Positions 59,463-64,000 of a DNA stretch of 64,000 nt are shown piece by piece; within the stretch, counting starts at the first letter, position 1; the number at the start of each line of letters is the position of its first letter. The stretch is taken from contig CANJVR010000002.1 of assembly GCA_947478395.1 (NCBI GenBank), positions 160,001 to 224,000 of the forward strand, written 5' to 3'. The translations under genes and the position numbers were made by a program. Source of the DNA: Opitutia bacterium (GTDB taxonomy: Bacteria; Verrucomicrobiota; Verrucomicrobiia; Opitutales; Opitutaceae). The notes beneath the pieces are model-generated. The model worked only from the letters and a program-made list of their open reading frames with translations. It was not told where the DNA came from and did no database searches.

Positions 59463-60862
59463 AATCGTCCCTCCCGTCCACCGTTCGAGCTGAGGCTTTG
59501 AGCCGCCGTCGTTTTCTGCGCAACGTGGGCATTTGCATGGCCCTGCCGGCGCTGGAATCGTTTCTGCCGCGTCGCGCCGTCGCCGCCACTGCAGGGGAGC
59601 GGCTGGCGGGCATGACCGCGACGGGCGCACCGCTCCGCACCGCGTTCGTGTATTTCCCCAACGGCGCTATCCCTGCGGCCTGGTGGCCGACCGGTTCCGA
59701 CAAGAATTTCGAATTGAATCGCACGCTCCAGCCCCTCGCCAAGGTGAAGGACAAGATTCAGGTGGTCGGCGGCCTGGGTGACCTCTCGGCCGTCGGCGGC
59801 GCGGATGGTGGCGGCGATCATGCGCGCGCCAACGGCACGTTTCTGACGAGCGTGCGCATTGCCAAATCCGGCGGATCCAACTTTCGCGCCGGCGTTTCGG
59901 TTGATCAGCTCATGGCCCAGCAGGTCGGAATGCTCACGCCCTTCCGTTCCCTGGAACTGTCGTGTGACTCCATTCAAAATGCCGGCACCTGCGACACCGG
60001 CTACTCCTGCGTTTATCAGCACAATCTTTCCTGGAGTTCACCGACGCAGCCGATGACGCCCGAGGTCGATCCGCGGCTCCTCTTCGAACGCCTGTTCGGC
60101 GCCGGTGCACCGAGCGAGCGTCAGAAGAATCTCCTCCTGCGCCAGCAGCAGCAGCGCTCCATCATGGATTTCATCCTGGATGACAGCCGGAAGTTGCAGA
60201 CCAAAATTTCCGGGCGTGATCGCAACAAGCTCGATGAGTATTTCACGAGTGTGCGCGATATCGAGGTGCGCATTCAACAGGCGGAGCAGTCCCGCGCCAA
60301 TCGTCCGCAGCCGATGGTCGAAGCACCCGGTGGTATCCCCGCGGGCACCACGGAGTACGTTCGCCTGATGTTCGACATGCTGCACCTCGCGTTCCAGACC
60401 GACAGCACCCGCGTCGCGACTTTCATGGTAGGCAGCGAAGGCAGCGATCGCACTTACCCGGAGCTCAACATTGCCGACGGTCACCACTTCCTCACGCACC
60501 ACAATAACAAGCCCGACTTCGTGGAGAAAGTTACTCAGATCGACGTTTGGTACGCGACGCAACTGGGCTACTTCCTCGAGAAGATGGAGCAGACCAAGGA
60601 TATCGACGGCAAATCGCTGCTCGATAATTCCCAGATCGTTTACGGCAGCGGGAACGCGGACGGCAACCGGCATTCGCACGATAATCTGCCGGTGATCCTA
60701 GCCGGCGGTGGCGGTGGAACATTGAATCCCGGGCGCTACGTTCAGCATTCGGCTGCGCCGATCTCCAATCTTTACCTCAGTATGATGGACCGAATCGGCG
60801 GGGCGCCTGCGCTCATCCCGGAACGCTTCGGTGATTCCACGGGCCGCTTGGTGAATATCTAA
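59459..60862 (+). CDS. DUF1552 (HXXSHH) Tat-exported protein
   Basis: SRRRFLR..G...ALP.LES, Y.PNG, SVDQ, D.TRVATF and HHFLTHH; ATGA-coupled to DUF1592. Confidence 0.9.
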   Translation: MKSSLPSTVRAEALSRRRFLRNVGICMALPALESFLPRRAVAATAGERLAGMTATGAPLRTAFVYFPNGAIPAAWWPTGSDKNFELNRTLQPLAKVKDKIQVVGGLGDLSAVGGADGGGDHARANGTFLTSVRIAKSGGSNFRAGVSVDQLMAQQVGMLTPFRSLELSCDSIQNAGTCDTGYSCVYQHNLSWSSPTQPMTPEVDPRLLFERLFGAGAPSERQKNLLLRQQQQRSIMDFILDDSRKLQTKISGRDRNKLDEYFTSVRDIEVRIQQAEQSRANRPQPMVEAPGGIPAGTTEYVRLMFDMLHLAFQTDSTRVATFMVGSEGSDRTYPELNIADGHHFLTHHNNKPDFVEKVTQIDVWYATQLGYFLEKMEQTKDIDGKSLLDNSQIVYGSGNADGNRHSHDNLPVILAGGGGGTLNPGRYVQHSAAPISNLYLSMMDRIGGAPALIPERFGDSTGRLVNI

Positions 60863-60866
60863 ACTA

Positions 60867-60948
60867 CATTTTCCGGCTAAGCCGGGAAATGTCGACGGTT
60901 GCGCTGGCCCCCGCATGCCGCTGAAAAATTCGGTGGAATTTTTCAGCG
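60867..60948. terminator. Tandem hairpins between convergent genes
   Basis: acattttccggc-taa-gccgggaaatgt and perfect cgctgaaaaattc-ggtg-gaatttttcagcg. Confidence 0.55.
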
Positions 60949-61021
60949 TGACCGCGTCCCCCGAATTTTTGTTCGGGCCATGCCGTTGCAGCCGGCCTTT
61001 CGGCTGTACGCTAAGGGAGAA

Positions 61022-61276
61022 CTATTGCTTCGTTGCCAGAAGAGCCGCCAATGCGGGTTCGTCGACTTCGCCCTGCACGGCATGCAGGTGATGGAGTACG
61101 CCCATGCGGTCGTCCGCACTCGCGGTTGAAATATCGAGCATCCAGTCCTCGGTTTTCGGTGCAGCCACGATCACTTCATCGGCCCAGGCAATCACCTCAG
61201 CGGCAGTGACGAAACCTGCGGTCAGGCCCCGGATATAAAATTCGGCAACGGTACGGAGATTAGGCGGAATGGACAT
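61022..61276 (-). CDS. Small hypothetical helical protein
   Basis: 84 aa, protein-like composition (EVIAWADEVI..W..DIS). Confidence 0.7.
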   Translation of the reverse strand: MSIPPNLRTVAEFYIRGLTAGFVTAAEVIAWADEVIVAAPKTEDWMLDISTASADDRMGVLHHLHAVQGEVDEPALAALLATKQ

Positions 61277-61362
61277 GGAAGGGGATGAAATAGAATTGAT
61301 GAGCGAGTTCGAGAAGGGCGATCACCGTGAACGCACCACCCGCCGAGCGGCCAGCGCAATCG

Positions 61363-62148
61363 TCACGGCTTGCGCACGCGAATGTGTAGAAAGTAAGCAA
61401 CGACGCGGGCATCTTGGAGGGTCGGATGACGGCGCACCGTTTCCTCGGAAGGGCAGGGTTCCGCGAATTGTTCCAGCGTGAATCCCGCCGCGATCAAAAG
61501 ATTCAGCCATTCGCTTAGTGGACGGTGAAAGCGTGGGACTTTGAATTTCGGCCAGCGCTCGCGTCCGCCCTGTGCGGCCGTGCCAAAAATCCATTCGTCG
61601 ATCCGCCCGCGCGCATCGACAAAATAATCGCCCACTTCGACGGCGTAAGTGATCTTCTCTTCATCGCGGCAGTTGCGCCGGTGCGGGGGATTGAAACACG
61701 GATGTAGAATCGAGAACTGCAAAAATCCGCCGGGCTTGAGCACGCGCCTCGCCTCGGCCAGCACCCGCTCGGTTTCGGGAATGTCCATCAGGCTCATGAA
61801 GGCCGTGGCAAAATCGAACGTGCCGTCGGCGAATGGGAGTTCGACGGCGCTCGCTTCCTGATAAACGATCCCGAGCGGCGCGCGCTTTTCCTCGGACTGG
61901 GCGTGCTGGATAAACACGGCCGCGATATCGATCGCCGTCATGGCCGCGCCGCGCTGGGCGAGTAGCCGGGTATTATGGCCCTCGCCACAGCCCAGATCGA
62001 GGCCCGTGAGTCCGCTCACCGGCGGCAGCAGTTCGAAAAACGCCGGCGTGTTGAGATGATCGCGGTAAAGATCGTGGCCCGCTCGGGCGAGCTTCGTCCA
62101 GGCTTCGGCGTTGGCGTTCCAGTATTCTCCCGCGGTCAGATGATTCAT
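61363..62148 (-). CDS. Class I SAM-dependent methyltransferase
   Basis: LDLGCGEG, LPFADGTFD and RVLKPGG. Confidence 0.9.
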   Translation of the reverse strand: MNHLTAGEYWNANAEAWTKLARAGHDLYRDHLNTPAFFELLPPVSGLTGLDLGCGEGHNTRLLAQRGAAMTAIDIAAVFIQHAQSEEKRAPLGIVYQEASAVELPFADGTFDFATAFMSLMDIPETERVLAEARRVLKPGGFLQFSILHPCFNPPHRRNCRDEEKITYAVEVGDYFVDARGRIDEWIFGTAAQGGRERWPKFKVPRFHRPLSEWLNLLIAAGFTLEQFAEPCPSEETVRRHPTLQDARVVAYFLHIRVRKP

Positions 62149-62177
62149 GTCGTGGCGGAATGCGCGGCCCGCGTGCG

Positions 62178-62309
62178 TTACGGCTTCTTGCGCTTCTTGG
62201 CCGGCGGCGTGCCGGCAGTCTTGATGAATTTCGACTGCGGTTGCTGCGCCTGTTGAAAGCGTTGGCTCGCCTTGCGGTCTTTGCTCGTTGGAAGGTATTT
62301 AGCACCCAT
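62178..62309 (-). CDS. Putative 43-aa basic small protein
   Basis: MGAKYLPTSKDRKASQRFQQAQQPQSKFIKTAGTPPAKKRKKP; co-oriented and upstream of the methyltransferase. Confidence 0.45.
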   Translation of the reverse strand: MGAKYLPTSKDRKASQRFQQAQQPQSKFIKTAGTPPAKKRKKP

Positions 62310-62441
62310 GCCGCAAGGCCGCCGATTGTGCGGGAGCGCGGCAATCAGATTCGCACGGCCCGGCGCGGACGCAGGCCGGAGTGGATTTAATTCCGTTGGT
62401 GGGTATATCCTCGGCTCCGCGCGGCTCCGCGCCTTCAACTT

Positions 62442-63497
62442 ATGATTCAAATCGGCGTGGATACTTTTGTGGCAACGGCGAAAGCAGGCCCGGTGGGGGA
62501 CGTTGAACGCGTGCGTGAATTGCTGGAGCAGATCGAACTCGCCGACCAAGTCGGCCTCGATGTGTTCGGCGTGGGCGAACATCATCGCGCGGACTACGTT
62601 TCCTCCGCGCCCGCCGTGCTGCTCGCCGCCGCCGCCGCGCGCACGAAACGCATCCGGCTCGCGAGCGCGGTGACCGTCCTGAGTTCGGACGACCCGGTGC
62701 GCGTTTTTCAACAATTCGCCACGGTCGACCTGATTTCGCGGGGGCGCGCGGAAATGATCGTCGGCCGCGGCTCGTTCATCGAATCCTACCCGCTCTTTGG
62801 CTTTGATCTTTCGGACTACGATGAATTGGCCACGGAGAAACTCGAACTCCTGCTGAAAATCCGCGAGCAGACGAACGTCCACTGGTCGGGCCAGCACCGG
62901 GCTGCGCTCACGGGTCAGGGCGTGTACCCGCGGCCGTTCCAACAGCCGCTGCCCATCTACATTGGCGTGGGCGGAACGCCGCAATCAGCGGTGCGGGCCG
63001 GACAACTCGGTTTGCCGTTGATCGTGGCTATCATCGGCGGACAGCCGCGGCAGTTTCGACCGCTCATCGAGCTTTACCGCGAAGCGGGCCACCGCGCCGG
63101 CCATGCGCCGGAGAAACTCACGGTCGGCATTCACTCCATCGGATTTCTCGCGGACAGCACACGCCAGGCAGCCGATGAATTTTGGCCGGCCTACCGCGAT
63201 GCCTTTGGGCGGATCGGGCGCGAACGCGGATGGCCTGCGCCCACGCGCCCGCAATTCGACGCGCAATGCAGCCCGGAGGGTGCGCTGATGGTCGGTGATG
63301 CGCCGGCCGTCGCGGCCAAAATCATCGCCGAGTATCGGGCGTTCGGAGGAATTTCCCGGATGAGCATTCTTCTCGATAATCGCCTGCTGTCGCATCACCA
63401 GATCATGCACGCGATCGAAATTCTGGGTGCGCAGGTCGCGCCGCTGGTTAAAAAACAGCTCGGCGATTCGCCAACACTTTCAACGGGTGGCGCGTAG
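62442..63497 (+). CDS. LLM class flavin-dependent oxidoreductase
   Basis: GVGEHHR, SAVTVLSSDDPVRV, GRGSFIES and GGTPQS. Confidence 0.92.
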   Translation: MIQIGVDTFVATAKAGPVGDVERVRELLEQIELADQVGLDVFGVGEHHRADYVSSAPAVLLAAAAARTKRIRLASAVTVLSSDDPVRVFQQFATVDLISRGRAEMIVGRGSFIESYPLFGFDLSDYDELATEKLELLLKIREQTNVHWSGQHRAALTGQGVYPRPFQQPLPIYIGVGGTPQSAVRAGQLGLPLIVAIIGGQPRQFRPLIELYREAGHRAGHAPEKLTVGIHSIGFLADSTRQAADEFWPAYRDAFGRIGRERGWPAPTRPQFDAQCSPEGALMVGDAPAVAAKIIAEYRAFGGISRMSILLDNRLLSHHQIMHAIEILGAQVAPLVKKQLGDSPTLSTGGA

Positions 63498-63689
63498 CGA
63501 CGGAGGGGGGCAGCTCTTTCACCACCGCAATAATCCCGTCTTCGGTCGACCGCTCTCAAAACCGACTTGCTCGTGCCCGGGCGGCGAGACAACTTCGCCT
63601 CCCCTGCAAATAGAACGCAACGATGCGCCGTCGGCGCCTTCGTGTTTCAATTTGCGCTCTGGTCCGCTTGGAAACCCCTCGGTGAGAAT

Positions 63690-64000
63690 ATGAAAAACTC
63701 CCTGCCTGTGCTGTCGCTTGTATCCGCTCTCTTGGTTGTTGCCCATACGGGCCTTGCCAAACCCGTCGGTGAATTTGAGGAGCAGGGTGACGTCGGCGCG
63801 CCGAAGCTCGCCGGCTCGGCCAGCTACGACGAGGCCCGGCAGGAATACACGTTCAAGGCGGCGGGCGCCAACATGTGGGCGGCGCGGGACGAATTTCAGT
63901 TCGCCTGGAAAAAGACCAACGGCGATTTCATCGTGCGCACGCGCGTGGAATTCGTCGGCCCGGGCGTCGATCCCCACCGCAAAGCCGGCTGGATTGCCCG
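63690..64000 (+). CDS. Secreted TolB-family-like protein, N-terminal part (3'-truncated by window edge)
   Basis: My translation: MKNSLPVLSLVSALLVVAHTGLAKPVGEFEEQGDVGAPKLAGSASYD...GANMW..RDEF.FAWKK..GDF...HRKAGW; open to the window end. Confidence 0.7.
   Translation, partial: MKNSLPVLSLVSALLVVAHTGLAKPVGEFEEQGDVGAPKLAGSASYDEARQEYTFKAAGANMWAARDEFQFAWKKTNGDFIVRTRVEFVGPGVDPHRKAGWIA

Noticed and set aside
1..64000. CRISPR array, cas genes, prophage, integrase, intact transposase or defence operon
   Set aside because: No regularly spaced repeat-spacer array and no ORF with such motifs; the repeats seen are isolated hairpins.

Overview
High-GC bacterial chromosomal segment. Gene content and style suggest PVC superphylum, most likely Verrucomicrobiota/Opitutia (inference: DUF1592/DUF1552 pair, TonB_C fusion, TBDR, PVC-type hypotheticals). 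It is mostly housekeeping backbone: glmM (partial), gcvP, nth, tRNA-Val(CAC), yebC-family, msrPQ, asnS, ffh, acyP, menA, trxA, scpA, RsmB/NOP family, lptD, ppc, glgB, ispH, alaS, glutathione peroxidase and YraN. These are interspersed with single accessory genes and many short palindromic repeats. I found no CRISPR array, prophage, integrase, intact transposase or recognisable defence operon. The best candidates for undescribed biology are: (1) a ~905-aa UxaA/GarD-family dehydratase made of two tandem copies that have lost complementary motifs; (2) an IspH with a ~150-aa N-terminal extension; (3) a secreted protein closely following the motif pattern of fungal Cip1; (4) a signal peptide-Sel1-TonB_C fusion in an AT-richer patch after tRNA-Val; (5) a TBDR plus unknown secreted propeller-like protein; (6) a PilG/H/I(Xap)-like ABC module without a neighbouring pilin; and (7) REP-like elements and repeat-derived in-frame inserts in GcvP and AlaS. 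All family assignments come from motifs recognised by eye, with no database searches, and start codons are best estimates.
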